This document shows positions 12,001 through 27,000 of a DNA stretch of 64,000 bases, one piece after another. Position numbers and translations under genes: made by a program. Each line of letters starts with the position of its first letter. Position 1 is the stretch's first letter. The notes under the pieces are model-generated. The model was not told where the DNA came from and did no database searches. It was given only the letters and a program-made list of their open reading frames with translations. The DNA comes from Monocercomonoides exilis PA203 (taxonomy: Eukaryota > Protista > Preaxostyla): the NCBI GenBank assembly GCA_001643675.2, contig LSRY02000011.1:1-64000 (forward strand), in the 5' to 3' direction.

Positions 12001-15000
12001 TATCGAAAAAGAAGTTTTGAGAATAATTGGTGTTGAGTGATATTTCGGGTGAGAGGGCCCTTTCAGAGGGAAAAGACCTTCTCAGCCGAAATATCACAAA
12101 AACCTACACTCAAAACAATAACAGAGTGTGTGTGAATGGGGAGAGAGTGATCGGAGGGCGTTGCAAGGCGCTCCCCACCCTCTCCGAGCCGGAAGGAACG
12201 CTGCGCGCTGCCCTAGGCCTTTCTCAGTCATTTTCCCTGTTTAACCGAATTTTTCATAATATTTTTTTTTGCGGGGCGGGGAGGGCGCGGTGAGTGGTGT
12301 GGCCTGCTGTGCAGGCCACAGGAGCCAGGGGGCTATTAGTACAAATTTTGTAATTTTTATCGAAAAAGAAGTTTTGAGAATAATTGGTGTTGAGTGATAT
12401 TTCGGGTGAGAGGGCCCTTTCAGAGGGAAAAGACCTTCTCAGCCGAAATATCACAAAAACCTACACTCAAAACAATAACAGAGTGTGTGTGAATGGGGGA
12501 GAGAGTGATCGGAGGGCGTTGCAAGGCGCTCCCCACCCTCTCCGAGCCGGAAGGAACGCGCTGCGCGCTGCCCTAGGCCTTTCTCAGTCATTTTCCCTGT
12601 TTAACCGAATTTTTCATAATATTTTTTTTGCGGGGCGGGGAGGGCGCGGTGAGTGGTGTGGCCTGCTGTGCAGGCCACAGGAGCCAGGGGGCTATTAGTA
12701 CAAATTTTGTAATTTTTATCGAAAAGAAGTTTTGAGAATAATTGGTGTTGAGTGATATTTCGGGTGAGAGGGCCCTTTCAGAGGGAAAAGACCTTCTCAG
12801 CCGAAATATCACAAAAACCTACACTCAAAACAATAACAGAGTGTGTGTGAATGGGGGAGAGAGTGATCGGAGGGCGTTGCAAGGCGCTCCCCACCCTCTC
12901 CGAGCCGGAAGGAACGCGCTGCGCGCTGCCCTAGGCCTTTCTCAGTCATTTTCCCTGTTTAACCGAATTTTTCATAATATTTTTTTTGCGGGGCGGGGAG
13001 GGCGCGGTGAGTGGTGTGGCCTGCTGTGCAGGCCACAGGAGCCAGGGGGCTATTAGTACAAATTTTGTAATTTTTATCGAAAAAGAAGTTTTGAGAATAA
13101 TTGGTGTTGAGTGATATTTCGGGTGAGAGGGCCCTTTCAGAGGGAAAAGACCTTCTCAGCCGAAATATCACAAAACCTACACTCAAAACAATAACAGAGT
13201 GTGTGTGAATGGGGAGAGAGTGATCGGAGGGCGTTGCAAGGCGCTCCCCACCCTCTCCGAGCCGGAAGGAACGCGCTGCGCGCTGCCCTAGGCCTTTCTC
13301 AGTCATTTTCCCTGTTTAACCGAATTTTTCATAATATTTTTTTTTGCGGGGCGGGGAGGGCGCGGTGAGTGGTGTGGCCTGCTGTGCAGGCCACAGGAGC
13401 CAGGGGGCTATTAGTACAAATTTTGTAATTTTTATCGAAAAAGAAGTTTTGAGAATAATTGGTGTTGAGTGATATTTCGGGTGAGAGGGCCCTTTCAGAG
13501 GGAAAAGACCTTCTCAGCCGAAATATCACAAAAACCTACACCTCAAAACAATAACAGAGTGTGTGTGAATGGGGAGAGAGTGATCGGAGGGCGTTGCAAG
13601 GCGCTCCCCACCCTCTCCGAGCCGGAAGGAACGCGCTGCGCGCTGCCCTAGGCCTTTCTCAGTCATTTTCCCTGTTTAACCGAATTTTTCATAATATTTT
13701 TTTTGCGGGGCGGGGAGGGCGCGGTGAGTGGTGTGGCCTGCTGTGCAGGCCACAGGAGCCAGGGGGCTATTAGTACAAATTTTGTAATTTTTATCGAAAA
13801 GAAGTTTTGAGAATAATTGGTGTTGAGTGATATTTCGGGTGAGAGGGCCCTTTCAGAGGGAAAAGACCTTCTCAGCCGAAATATCACAAAAACCTACACT
13901 CAAAACAATAACAGAGTGTGTGTGAATGGGGGAGAGAGTGATCGGAGGGCGTTGCAAGGCGCTCCCCACCCTCTCCGAGCCGGAAGGAACGCGCTGCGCG
14001 CTGCCCTAGGCCTTTCTCAGTCATTTTCCCTGTTTAACCGAATTTTTCATAATATTTTTTTTTGCGGGGCGGGGAGGGCGCGGTGAGTGGTGTGGCCTGC
14101 TGTGCAGGCCACAGGAGCCAGGGGCTATTAGTACAAATTTTGTAATTTTTATCGAAAAGAAGTTTTGAGAATAATTGGTGTTGAGTGATATTTCGGGTGA
14201 GAGGGCCCTTTCAGAGGGAAAAGACCTTCTCAGCCGAAATATCACAAAAACCTACACCTCAAAACAATAACAGAGTGTGTGTGAATGGGGAGAGAGTGAT
14301 CGGAGGGCGTTGCAAGGCGCTCCCCACCCTCTCCGAGCCGGAAGGAACGCGCTGCGCGCTGCCCTAGGCCTTTCTCAGTCATTTTCCCTGTTTAACCGAA
14401 TTTTTCATAATATTTTTTTTTGCGGGGCGGGGAGGGCGCGGTGAGGTGGTGTGGCCTGCTGTGCAGGCCACAGGAGCCAGGGGGCTATTAGTACAAATTT
14501 TGTAATTTTTATCGAAAAAGAAGTTTTGAGAATAATTGGTGTTGAGTGATATTTCGGGTGAGAGGGCCCTTTCAGAGGGAAAAGACCTTCTCAGCCGAAA
14601 TATCACAAAAACCTACACTCAAAACAATAACAGAGTGTGTGTGAATGGGGGAGAGAGTGATCGGAGGGCGTTGCAAGGCGCTCCCCACCCTCTCCGAGCC
14701 GGAAGGAACGCGCTGCGCGCTGCCCTAGGCCTTTCTCAGTCATTTTCCCTGTTTAACCGAATTTTTCATAATATTTTTTTTGCGGGGCGGGGAGGGCGCG
14801 GTGAGTGGTGTGGCCTGCTGTGCAGGCCACAGGAGCCAGGGGGCTATTAGTACAAATTTTGTAATTTTTATCGAAAAAGAAGTTTTGAGAATAATTGGTG
14901 TTGAGTGATATTTCGGGTGAGAGGGCCCTTTCAGAGGGAAAAGACCTTCTCAGCCGAAATATCACAAAAACCTACACTCAAAACAATAACAGAGTGTGTG

Positions 15001-18000
15001 TGAATGGGGGAGAGAGTGATCGGAGGGCGTTGCAAGGCGCTCCCCACCCTCTCCGAGCCGGAAGGAACGCGCTGCGCGCTGCCCTAGGCCTTTCTCAGTC
15101 ATTTTCCCTGTTTAACCGAATTTTTCATAATATTTTTTTGCGGGGCGGGGAGGGCGCGGTGAGTGGTGTGGCCTGCTGTGCAGGCCACAGGAGCCAGGGG
15201 GCTATTAGTACAAATTTTGTAATTTTTATCGAAAAAGAAGTTTTGAGAATAATTGGTGTTGAGTGATATTTCGGGTGAGAGGGCCCTTTCAGAGGGAAAA
15301 GACCTTCTCAGCCGAAATATCACAAAACCTACACTCAAAACAATAACAGAGTGTGTGTGAATGGGGAGAGAGTGATCGGAGGGCGTTGCAAGGCGCTCCC
15401 CACCCTCTCCGAGCCGGAAGGAACGCGCTGCGCGCTGCCCTAGGCCTTTCTCAGTCATTTTCCCTGTTTAACCGAATTTTTCATAATATTTTTTTTTGCG
15501 GGGCGGGGAGGGCGCGGTGAGTGGTGTGGCCTGCTGTGCAGGCCACAGGAGCCAGGGGGCTATTAGTACAAATTTTGTAATTTTTATCGAAAAAGAAGTT
15601 TTGAGAATAATTGGTGTTGAGTGATATTTCGGGTGAGAGGGCCCTTTCAGAGGGAAAAGACCTTCTCAGCCGAAATATCACAAAAACCTACACTCAAAAC
15701 AATAACAGAGTGTGTGTGAATGGGGGAGAGAGTGATCGGAGGGCGTTGCAAGGCGCTCCCCACCCTCTCCGAGCCGGAAGGAACGCGCTGCGCGCTGCCC
15801 TAGGCCTTTCTCAGTCATTTTCCCTGTTTAACCGAATTTTTCATAATATTTTTTTGCGGGGCGGGGAGGGCGCGGTGAGTGGTGTGGCCTGCTGTGCAGG
15901 CCACAGGAGCCAGGGGGCTATTAGTACAAATTTTGTAATTTTTATCGAAAAAGAAGTTTTGAGAATAATTGGTGTTGAGTGATATTTCGGGTGAGAGGGC
16001 CCTTTCAGAGGGAAAAGACCTTCTCAGCCGAAATATCACAAAACCTACACTCAAAACAATAACAGAGTGTGTGTGAATGGGGGAGAGAGTGATCGGAGGG
16101 CGTTGCAAGGCGCTCCCCACCCTCTCCGAGCCGGAAGGAACGCGCTGCGCGCTGCCCTAGGCCTTTCTCAGTCATTTTCCCTGTTTAACCGAATTTTTCA
16201 TAATATTTTTTTGCGGGGCGGGGAGGGCGCGGTGAGTGGTGTGGCCTGCTGTGCAGGCCACAGGAGCCAGGGGGCTATTAGTACAAATTTTGTAATTTTT
16301 ATCGAAAAAGAAGTTTTGAGAATAATTGGTGTTGAGTGATATTTCGGGTGAGAGGGCCCTTTCAGAGGGAAAAGACCTTCTCAGCCGAAATATCACAAAA
16401 ACCTACACTCAAAACAATAACAGAGTGTGTGTGAATGGGGAGAGAGTGATCGGAGGGCGTTGCAAGGCGCTCCCCACCCTCTCCGAGCCGGAAGGAACGC
16501 GCTGCGCGCTGCCCTAGGCCTTTCTCAGTCATTTTCCCTGTTTAACCGAATTTTTCATAATATTTTTTTGCGGGGCGGGGAGGGCGCGGTGAGTGGTGTG
16601 GCCTGCTGTGCAGGCCACAGGAGCTCAGGGGGCTATTAGTACAAATTTTGTAATTTTTATCGAAAAAGAAGTTTTGAGAATAATTGGTGTTGAGTGATAT
16701 TTCGGGTGAGAGGGCCCTTTCAGAGGGAAAAGACCTTCTCAGCCGAAATATCACAAAAACCTACACTCAAAACAATAACAGAGTGTGTGTGAATGGGGAG
16801 AGAGTGATCGGAGGGCGTTGCAAGGCGCTCCCCACCCTCTCCGAGCCGGAAGGAACGCGCTGCGCGCTGCCCTAGGCCTTTCTCAGTCATTTTCCCTGTT
16901 TAACCGAATTTTTCATAATATTTTTTTTTGCGGGGCGGGGAGGGCGCGGTGAGTGGTGTGGCCTGCTGTGCAGGCCACAGGAGCTCAGGGGGCTATTAGT
17001 ACAAATTTTGTAATTTTTATCGAAAAAGAAGTTTTGAGAATAATTGGTGTTGAGTGATATTTCGGGTGAGAGGGCCCTTTCAGAGGGAAAAGACCTTCTC
17101 AGCCGAAATATCACAAAACCTACACTCAAAACAATAACAGAGTGTGTGTGAATGGGGAGAGAGTGATCGGAGGGCGTTGCAAGGCGCTCCCCACCCTCTC
17201 CGAGCCGGAAGGAACGCGCTGCGCGCTGCCCTAGGCCTTTCTCAGTCATTTTCCCTGTTTAACCGAATTTTTCATAATATTTTTTTGCGGGGCGGGGAGG
17301 GCGCGGTGAGTGGTGTGGCCTGCTGTGCAGGCCACAGGAGCCAGGGGGCTATTAGTACAAATTTTGTAATTTTTATCGAAAAAGAAGTTTTGAGAATAAT
17401 TGGTGTTGAGTGATATTTCGGGTGAGAGGGCCCTTTCAGAGGGAAAAGACCTTCTCAGCCGAAATATCACAAAACCTACACTCAAAACAATAACAGAGTG
17501 TGTGTGAATGGGGAGAGAGTGATCGGAGGGCGTTGCAAGGCGCTCCCCACCCTCTCCGAGCCGGAAGGAACGCGCTGCGCGCTGCCCTAGGCCTTTCTCA
17601 GTCATTTTCCCTGTTTAACCGAATTTTTCATAATATTTTTTTGCGGGGCGGGGAGGGCGCGGTGAGTGGTGTGGCCTGCTGTGCAGGCCACAGGAGCTCA
17701 GGGGGCTATTAGTACAAATTTTGTAATTTTTATCGAAAAAGAAGTTTTGAGAATAATTGGTGTTGAGTGATATTTCGGGTGAGAGGGCCCTTTCAGAGGG
17801 AAAAGACCTTCTCAGCCGAAATATCACAAAACCTACACTCAAAACAATAACAGAGTGTGTGTGAATGGGGGAGAGAGTGATCGGAGGGCGTTGCAAGGCG
17901 CTCCCCACCCTCTCCGAGCCGGAAGGAACGCGCTGCGCGCTGCCCTAGGCCTTTCTCAGTCATTTTCCCTGTTTAACCGAATTTTTCATAATATTTTTTT

Positions 18001-21000
18001 GCGGGGCGGGGAGGGCGCGGTGAGTGGTGTGGCCTGCTGTGCAGGCCACAGGAGCTCAGGGGGCTATTAGTACAAATTTTGTAATTTTTATCGAAAAAGA
18101 AGTTTTGAGAATAATTGGTGTTGAGTGATATTTCGGGTGAGAGGGCCCTTTCAGAGGGAAAAGACCTTCTCAGCCGAAATATCACAAAAACCTACACTCA
18201 AAACAATAACAGAGTGTGTGTGAATGGGGAGAGAGTGATCGGAGGGCGTTGCAAGGCGCTCCCCACCCTCTCCGAGCCGGAAGGAACGCGCTGCGCGCTG
18301 CCCTAGGCCTTTCTCAGTCATTTTCCCTGTTTAACCGAATTTTTCATAATATTTTTTTGCGGGGCGGGGAGGGCGCGGTGAGTGGTGTGGCCTGCTGTGC
18401 AGGCCACAGGAGCCAGGGGGCTATTAGTACAAATTTTGTAATTTTTATCGAAAAAGAAGTTTTGAGAATAATTGGTGTTGAGTGATATTTCGGGTGAGAG
18501 GGCCCTTTCAGAGGGAAAAGACCTTCTCAGCCGAAATATCACAAAACCTACACTCAAAACAATAACAGAGTGTGTGTGAATGGGGAGAGAGTGATCGGAG
18601 GGCGTTGCAAGGCGCTCCCCACCCTCTCCGAGCCGGAAGGAACGCGCTGCGCGCTGCCCTAGGCCTTTCTCAGTCATTTTCCCTGTTTAACCGAATTTTT
18701 CATAATATTTTTTTGCGGGGCGGGGAGGGCGCGGTGAGTGGTGTGGCCTGCTGTGCAGGCCACAGGAGCCAGGGGGCTATTAGTACAAATTTTGTAATTT
18801 TTATCGAAAAAGAAGTTTTGAGAATAATTGGTGTTGAGTGATATTTCGGGTGAGAGGGCCCTTTCAGAGGGAAAAGACCTTCTCAGCCGAAATATCACAA
18901 AAACCTACACTCAAAACAATAACAGAGTGTGTGTGAATGGGGGAGAGAGTGATCGGAGGGCGTTGCAAGGCGCTCCCCACCCTCTCCGAGCCGGAAGGAA
19001 CGCGCTGCGCGCTGCCCTAGGCCTTTCTCAGTCATTTTCCCTGTTTAACCGAATTTTTCATAATATTTTTTTGCGGGGCGGGGAGGGCGCGGTGAGTGGT
19101 GTGGCCTGCTGTGCAGGCCACAGGAGCTCAGGGGGCTATTAGTACAAATTTTGTAATTTTTATCGAAAAAGAAGTTTTGAGAATAATTGGTGTTGAGTGA
19201 TATTTCGGGTGAGAGGGCCCTTTCAGAGGGAAAAGACCTTCTCAGCCGAAATATCACAAAACCTACACTCAAAACAATAACAGAGTGTGTGTGAATGGGG
19301 GAGAGAGTGATCGGAGGGCGTTGCAAGGCGCTCCCCACCCTCTCCGAGCCGGAAGGAACGCGCTGCGCGCTGCCCTAGGCCTTTCTCAGTCATTTTCCCT
19401 GTTTAACCGAATTTTTCATAATATTTTTTTTTGCGGGGCGGGGAGGGCGCGGTGAGTGGTGTGGCCTGCTGTGCAGGCCACAGGAGCCAGGGGGCTATTA
19501 GTACAAATTTTGTAATTTTTATCGAAAAAGAAGTTTTGAGAATAATTGGTGTTGAGTGATATTTCGGGTGAGAGGGCCCTTTCAGAGGGAAAAGACCTTC
19601 TCAGCCGAAATATCACAAAACCTACACTCAAAACAATAACAGAGTGTGTGTGAATGGGGAGAGAGTGATCGGAGGGCGTTGCAAGGCGCTCCCCACCCTC
19701 TCCGAGCCGGAAGGAACGCGCTGCGCGCTGCCCTAGGCCTTTCTCAGTCATTTTCCCTGTTTAACCGAATTTTTCATAATATTTTTTTGCGGGGCGGGGA
19801 GGGCGCGGTGAGTGGTGTGGCCTGCTGTGCAGGCCACAGGAGCTCAGGGGGCTATTAGTACAAATTTTGTAATTTTTATCGAAAAAGAAGTTTTGAGAAT
19901 AATTGGTGTTGAGTGATATTTCGGGTGAGAGGGCCCTTTCAGAGGGAAAAGACCTTCTCAGCCGAAATATCACAAAAACCTACACCTCAAAACAATAACA
20001 GAGTGTGTGTGAATGGGGAGAGAGTGATCGGAGGGCGTTGCAAGGCGCTCCCCACCCTCTCCGAGCCGGAAGGAACGCGCTGCGCGCTGCCCTAGGCCTT
20101 TCTCAGTCATTTTCCCTGTTTAACCGAATTTTTCATAATATTTTTTTGCGGGGCGGGGAGGGCGCGGTGAGTGGTGTGGCCTGCTGTGCAGGCCACAGGA
20201 GCTCAGGGGGCTATTAGTACAAATTTTGTAATTTTTATCGAAAAAGAAGTTTTGAGAATAATTGGTGTTGAGTGATATTTCGGGTGAGAGGGCCCTTTCA
20301 GAGGGAAAAGACCTTCTCAGCCGAAATATCACAAAACCTACACTCAAAACAATAACAGAGTGTGTGTGAATGGGGAGAGAGTGATCGGAGGGCGTTGCAA
20401 GGCGCTCCCCACCCTCTCCGAGCCGGAAGGAACGCGCTGCGCGCTGCCCTAGGCCTTTCTCAGTCATTTTCCCTGTTTAACCGAATTTTTCATAATATTT
20501 TTTTTTGCGGGGGCGGGGAGGGCGCGGTGAGTGGTGTGGCCTGCTGTGCAGGCCACAGGAGCTCAGGGGGCTATTAGTACAAATTTTGTAATTTTTATCG
20601 AAAAAGAAGTTTTGAGAATAATTGGTGTTGAGTGATATTTCGGGTGAGAGGGCCCTTTCAGAGGGAAAAGACCTTCTCAGCCGAAATATCACAAAACCTA
20701 CACTCAAAACAATAACAGAGTGTGTGTGAATGGGGAGAGAGTGATCGGAGGGCGTTGCAAGGCGCTCCCCACCCTCTCCGAGCCGGAAGGAACGCGCTGC
20801 GCGCTGCCCTAGGCCTTTCTCAGTCATTTTCCCTGTTTAACCGAATTTTTCATAATATTTTTTTGCGGGGCGGGGAGGGCGCGGTGAGTGGTGTGGCCTG
20901 CTGTGCAGGCCACAGGAGCTCAGGGGGCTATTAGTACAAATTTTGTAATTTTTATCGAAAAAGAAGTTTTGAGAATAATTGGTGTTGAGTGATATTTCGG

Positions 21001-24000
21001 GTGAGAGGGCCCTTTCAGAGGGAAAAGACCTTCTCAGCCGAAATATCACAAAACCTACACTCAAAACAATAACAGAGTGTGTGTGAATGGGGAGAGAGTG
21101 ATCGGAGGGCGTTGCAAGGCGCTCCCCACCCTCTCCGAGCCGGAAGGAACGCGCTGCGCGCTGCCCTAGGCCTTTCTCAGTCATTTTCCCTGTTTAACCG
21201 AATTTTTCATAATATTTTTTTGCGGGGCGGGGAGGGCGCGGTGAGTGGTGTGGCCTGCTGTGCAGGCCACAGGAGCTCAGGGGGCTATTAGTACAAATTT
21301 TGTAATTTTTATCGAAAAAGAAGTTTTGAGAATAATTGGTGTTGAGTGATATTTCGGGTGAGAGGGCCCTTTCAGAGGGAAAAGACCTTCTCAGCCGAAA
21401 TATCACAAAACCTACACTCAAAACAATAACAGAGTGTGTGTGAATGGGGAGAGAGTGATCGGAGGGCGTTGCAAGGCGCTCCCCACCCTCTCCGAGCCGG
21501 AAGGAACGCTGCGCGCTGCCCTAGGCCTTTCTCAGTCATTTTCCCTGTTTAACCGAATTTTTCATAATATTTTTTTGCGGGGCGGGGAGGGCGCGGTGAG
21601 TGGTGTGGCCTGCTGTGCAGGCCACAGGAGCCAGGGGGCTATTAGTACAAATTTTGTAATTTTTATCGAAAAAGAAGTTTTGAGAATAATTGGTGTTGAG
21701 TGATATTTCGGGTGAGAGGGCCCTTTCAGAGGGAAAAGACCTTCTCAGCCGAAATATCACAAAACCTACACTCAAAACAATAACAGAGTGTGTGTGAATG
21801 GGGAGAGAGTGATCGGAGGGCGTTGCAAGGCGCTCCCCACCCTCTCCGAGCCGGAAGGAACGCTGCGCGCTGCCCTAGGCCTTTCTCAGTCATTTTCCCT
21901 GTTTAACCGAATTTTTCATAATATTTTTTTGCGGGGCGGGGAGGGCGCGGTGAGTGGTGTGGCCTGCTGTGCAGGCCACAGGAGCTCAGGGGGCTATTAG
22001 TACAAATTTTGTAATTTTTATCGAAAAAGAAGTTTTGAGAATAATTGGTGTTGAGTGATATTTCGGGTGAGAGGGCCCTTTCAGAGGGAAAAGACCTTCT
22101 CAGCCGAAATATCACAAAACCTACACTCAAAACAATAACAGAGTGTGTGTGAATGGGGAGAGAGTGATCGGAGGGCGTTGCAAGGCGCTCCCCACCCTCT
22201 CCGAGCCGGAAGGAACGCGCTGCGCGCTGCCCTAGGCCTTTCTCAGTCATTTTCCCTGTTTAACCGAATTTTTCATAATATTTTTTTGCGGGGCGGGGAG
22301 GGCGCGGTGAGTGGTGTGGCCTGCTGTGCAGGCCACAGGAGCTCAGGGGGCTATTAGTACAAATTTTGTAATTTTTATCGAAAAAGAAGTTTTGAGAATA
22401 ATTGGTGTTGAGTGATATTTCGGGTGAGAGGGCCCTTTCAGAGGGAAAAGACCTTCTCAGCCGAAATATCACAAAACCTACACTCAAAACAATAACAGAG
22501 TGTGTGTGAATGGGGGAGAGAGTGATCGGAGGGCGTTGCAAGGCGCTCCCCACCCTCTCCGAGCCGGAAGGAACGCGCTGCGCGCTGCCCTAGGCCTTTC
22601 TCAGTCATTTTCCCTGTTTAACCGAATTTTTCATAATATTTTTTTGCGGGGCGGGGAGGGCGCGGTGAGTGGTGTGGCCTGCTGTGCAGGCCACAGGAGC
22701 TCAGGGGGCTATTAGTACAAATTTTGTAATTTTTATCGAAAAAGAAGTTTTGAGAATAATTGGTGTTGAGTGATATTTCGGGTGAGAGGGCCCTTTCAGA
22801 GGGAAAAGACCTTCTCAGCCGAAATATCACAAAACCTACACTCAAAACAATAACAGAGTGTGTGTGAATGGGGGAGAGAGTGATCGGAGGGCGTTGCAAG
22901 GCGCTCCCCACCCTCTCCGAGCCGGAAGGAACGCGCTGCGCGCTGCCCTAGGCCTTTCTCAGTCATTTTCCCTGTTTAACCGAATTTTTCATAATATTTT
23001 TTTGCGGGGCGGGGAGGGCGCGGTGAGTGGTGTGGCCTGCTGTGCAGGCCACAGGAGCTCAGGGGGCTATTAGTACAAATTTTGTAATTTTTATCGAAAA
23101 AGAAGTTTTGAGAATAATTGGTGTTGAGTGATATTTCGGGTGAGAGGGCCCTTTCAGAGGGAAAAGACCTTCTCAGCCGAAATATCACAAAACCTACACT
23201 CAAAACAATAACAGAGTGTGTGTGAATGGGGAGAGAGTGATCGGAGGGCGTTGCAAGGCGCTCCCCACCCTCTCCGAGCCGGAAGGAACGCGCTGCGCGC
23301 TGCCCTAGGCCTTTCTCAGTCATTTTCCCTGTTTAACCGAATTTTTCATAATATTTTTTTGCGGGGCGGGGAGGGCGCGGTGAGTGGTGTGGCCTGCTGT
23401 GCAGGCCACAGGAGCCAGGGGGCTATTAGTACAAATTTTGTAATTTTTATCGAAAAAGAAGTTTTGAGAATAATTGGTGTTGAGTGATATTTCGGGTGAG
23501 AGGGCCCTTTCAGAGGGAAAAGACCTTCTCAGCCGAAATATCACAAAACCTACACTCAAAACAATAACAGAGTGTGTGTGAATGGGGAGAGAGTGATCGG
23601 AGGGCGTTGCAAGGCGCTCCCCACCCTCTCCGAGCCGGAAGGAACGCGCTGCGCGCTGCCCTAGGCCTTTCTCAGTCATTTTCCCTGTTTAACCGAATTT
23701 TTCATAATATTTTTTGCGGGGCGGGGAGGGCGCGGTGAGTGGTGTGGCCTGCTGTGCAGGCCACAGGAGCCAGGGGGCTATTAGTACAAATTTTGTAATT
23801 TTTATCGAAAAAGAAGTTTTGAGAATAATTGGTGTTGAGTGATATTTCGGGTGAGAGGGCCCTTTCAGAGGGAAAAGACCTTCTCAGCCGAAATATCACA
23901 AAACCTACACTCAAAACAATAACAGAGTGTGTGTGAATGGGGAGAGAGTGATCGGAGGGCGTTGCAAGGCGCTCCCCACCCTCTCCGAGCCGGAAGGAAC

Positions 24001-27000
24001 GCGCTGCGCGCTGCCCTAGGCCTTTCTCAGTCATTTTCCCTGTTTAACCGAATTTTTCATAATATTTTTTTGCGGGGCGGGGAGGGCGCGGTGAGTGGTG
24101 TGGCCTGCTGTGCAGGCCACAGGAGCCAGGGGGCTATTAGTACAAATTTTGTAATTTTTATCGAAAAAGAAGTTTTGAGAATAATTGGTGTTGAGTGATA
24201 TTTCGGGTGAGAGGGCCCTTTCAGAGGGAAAAGACCTTCTCAGCCGAAATATCACAAAACCTACACTCAAAACAATAACAGAGTGTGTGTGAATGGGGGA
24301 GAGAGTGATCGGAGGGCGTTGCAAGGCGCTCCCCACCCTCTCCGAGCCGGAAGGAACGCGCTGCGCGCTGCCCTAGGCCTTTCTCAGTCATTTTCCCTGT
24401 TTAACCGAATTTTTCATAATATTTTTTTGCGGGGCGGGGAGGGCGCGGTGAGTGGTGTGGCCTGCTGTGCAGGCCACAGGAGCCAGGGGGCTATTAGTAC
24501 AAATTTTGTAATTTTTATCGAAAAAGAAGTTTTGAGAATAATTGGTGTTGAGTGATATTTCGGGTGAGAGGGCCCTTTCAGAGGGAAAAGACCTTCTCAG
24601 CCGAAATATCACAAAACCTACACTCAAAACAATAACAGAGTGTGTGTGAATGGGGGAGAGAGTGATCGGAGGGCGTTGCAAGGCGCTCCCCACCCTCTCC
24701 GAGCCGGAAGGAACGCGCTGCGCGCTGCCCTAGGCCTTTCTCAGTCATTTTCCCTGTTTAACCGAATTTTTCATAATATTTTTTTGCGGGGCGGGGAGGG
24801 CGCGGTGAGTGGTGTGGCCTGCTGTGCAGGCCACAGGAGCCAGGGGGCTATTAGTACAAATTTTGTAATTTTTATCGAAAAAGAAGTTTTGAGAATAATT
24901 GGTGTTGAGTGATATTTCGGGTGAGAGGGCCCTTTCAGAGGGAAAAGACCTTCTCAGCCGAAATATCACAAAACCTACACTCAAAACAATAACAGAGTGT
25001 GTGTGAATGGGGAGAGAGTGATCGGAGGGCGTTGCAAGGCGCTCCCCACCCTCTCCGAGCCGGAAGGAACGCGCTGCGCGCTGCCCTAGGCCTTTCTCAG
25101 TCATTTTCCCTGTTTAACCGAATTTTTCATAATATTTTTTTGCGGGGCGGGGAGGGCGCGGTGAGTGGTGTGGCCTGCTGTGCAGGCCACAGGAGCCAGG
25201 GGGCTATTAGTACAAATTTTGTAATTTTTATCGAAAAAGAAGTTTTGAGAATAATTGGTGTTGAGTGATATTTCGGGTGAGAGGGCCCTTTCAGAGGGAA
25301 AAGACCTTCTCAGCCGAAATATCACAAAACCTACACTCAAAACAATAACAGAGTGTGTGTGAATGGGGGAGAGAGTGATCGGAGGGCGTTGCAAGGCGCT
25401 CCCCACCCTCTCCGAGCCGGAAGGAACGCTGCGCGCTGCCCTAGGCCTTTCTCAGTCATTTTCCCTGTTTAACCGAATTTTTCATAATATTTTTTTGCGG
25501 GGCGGGGAGGGCGCGGTGAGTGGTGTGGCCTGCTGTGCAGGCCACAGGAGCTCAGGGGGCTATTAGTACAAATTTTGTAATTTTTATCGAAAAAGAAGTT
25601 TTGAGAATAATTGGTGTTGAGTGATATTTCGGGTGAGAGGGCCCTTTCAGAGGGAAAAGACCTTCTCAGCCGAAATATCACAAAACCTACACTCAAAACA
25701 ATAACAGAGTGTGTGTGAATGGGGAGAGAGTGATCGGAGGGCGTTGCAAGGCGCTCCCCACCCTCTCCGAGCCGGAAGGAACGCGCTGCGCGCTGCCCTA
25801 GGCCTTTCTCAGTCATTTTCCCTGTTTAACCGAATTTTTCATAATATTTTTTTGCGGGGCGGGGAGGGCGCGGTGAGTGGTGTGGCCTGCTGTGCAGGCC
25901 ACAGGAGCCAGGGGGCTATTAGTACAAATTTTGTAATTTTTATCGAAAAAGAAGTTTTGAGAATAATTGGTGTTGAGTGATATTTCGGGTGAGAGGGCCC
26001 TTTCAGAGGGAAAAGACCTTCTCAGCCGAAATATCACAAAAACCTACACCTCAAAACAATAACAGAGTGTGTGTGAATGGGGAGAGAGTGATCGGAGGGC
26101 GTTGCAAGGCGCTCCCCACCCTCTCCGAGCCGGAAGGAACGCGCTGCGCGCTGCCCTAGGCCTTTCTCAGTCATTTTCCCTGTTTAACCGAATTTTTCAT
26201 AATATTTTTTGCGGGGCGGGGAGGGCGCGGTGAGGTGGTGTGGCCTGCTGTGCAGGCCACAGGAGCCAGGGGGCTATTAGTACAAATTTTGTAATTTTTA
26301 TCGAAAAAGAAGTTTTGAGAATAATTGGTGTTGAGTGATATTTCGGGTGAGAGGGCCCTTTCAGAGGGAAAAGACCTTCTCAGCCGAAATATCACAAAAC
26401 CTACACTCAAAACAATAACAGAGTGTGTGTGAATGGGGAGAGAGTGATCGGAGGGCGTTGCAAGGCGCTCCCCACCCTCTCCGAGCCGGAAGGAACGCGC
26501 TGCGCGCTGCCCTAGGCCTTTCTCAGTCATTTTCCCTGTTTAACCGAATTTTTCATAATATTTTTTTGCGGGGCGGGGAGGGCGCGGTGAGTGGTGTGGC
26601 CTGCTGTGCAGGCCACAGGAGCCAGGGGGCTATTAGTACAAATTTTGTAATTTTTATCGAAAAAGAAGTTTTGAGAATAATTGGTGTTGAGTGATATTTC
26701 GGGTGAGAGGGCCCTTTCAGAGGGAAAAGACCTTCTCAGCCGAAATATCACAAAACCTACACTCAAAACAATAACAGAGTGTGTGTGAATGGGGAGAGAG
26801 TGATCGGAGGGCGTTGCAAGGCGCTCCCCACCCTCTCCGAGCCGGAAGGAACGCGCTGCGCGCTGCCCTAGGCCTTTCTCAGTCATTTTCCCTGTTTAAC
26901 CGAATTTTTCATAATATTTTTTTGCGGGGCGGGGAGGGCGCGGTGAGTGGTGTGGCCTGCTGTGCAGGCCACAGGAGCTCAGGGGGCTATTAGTACAAAT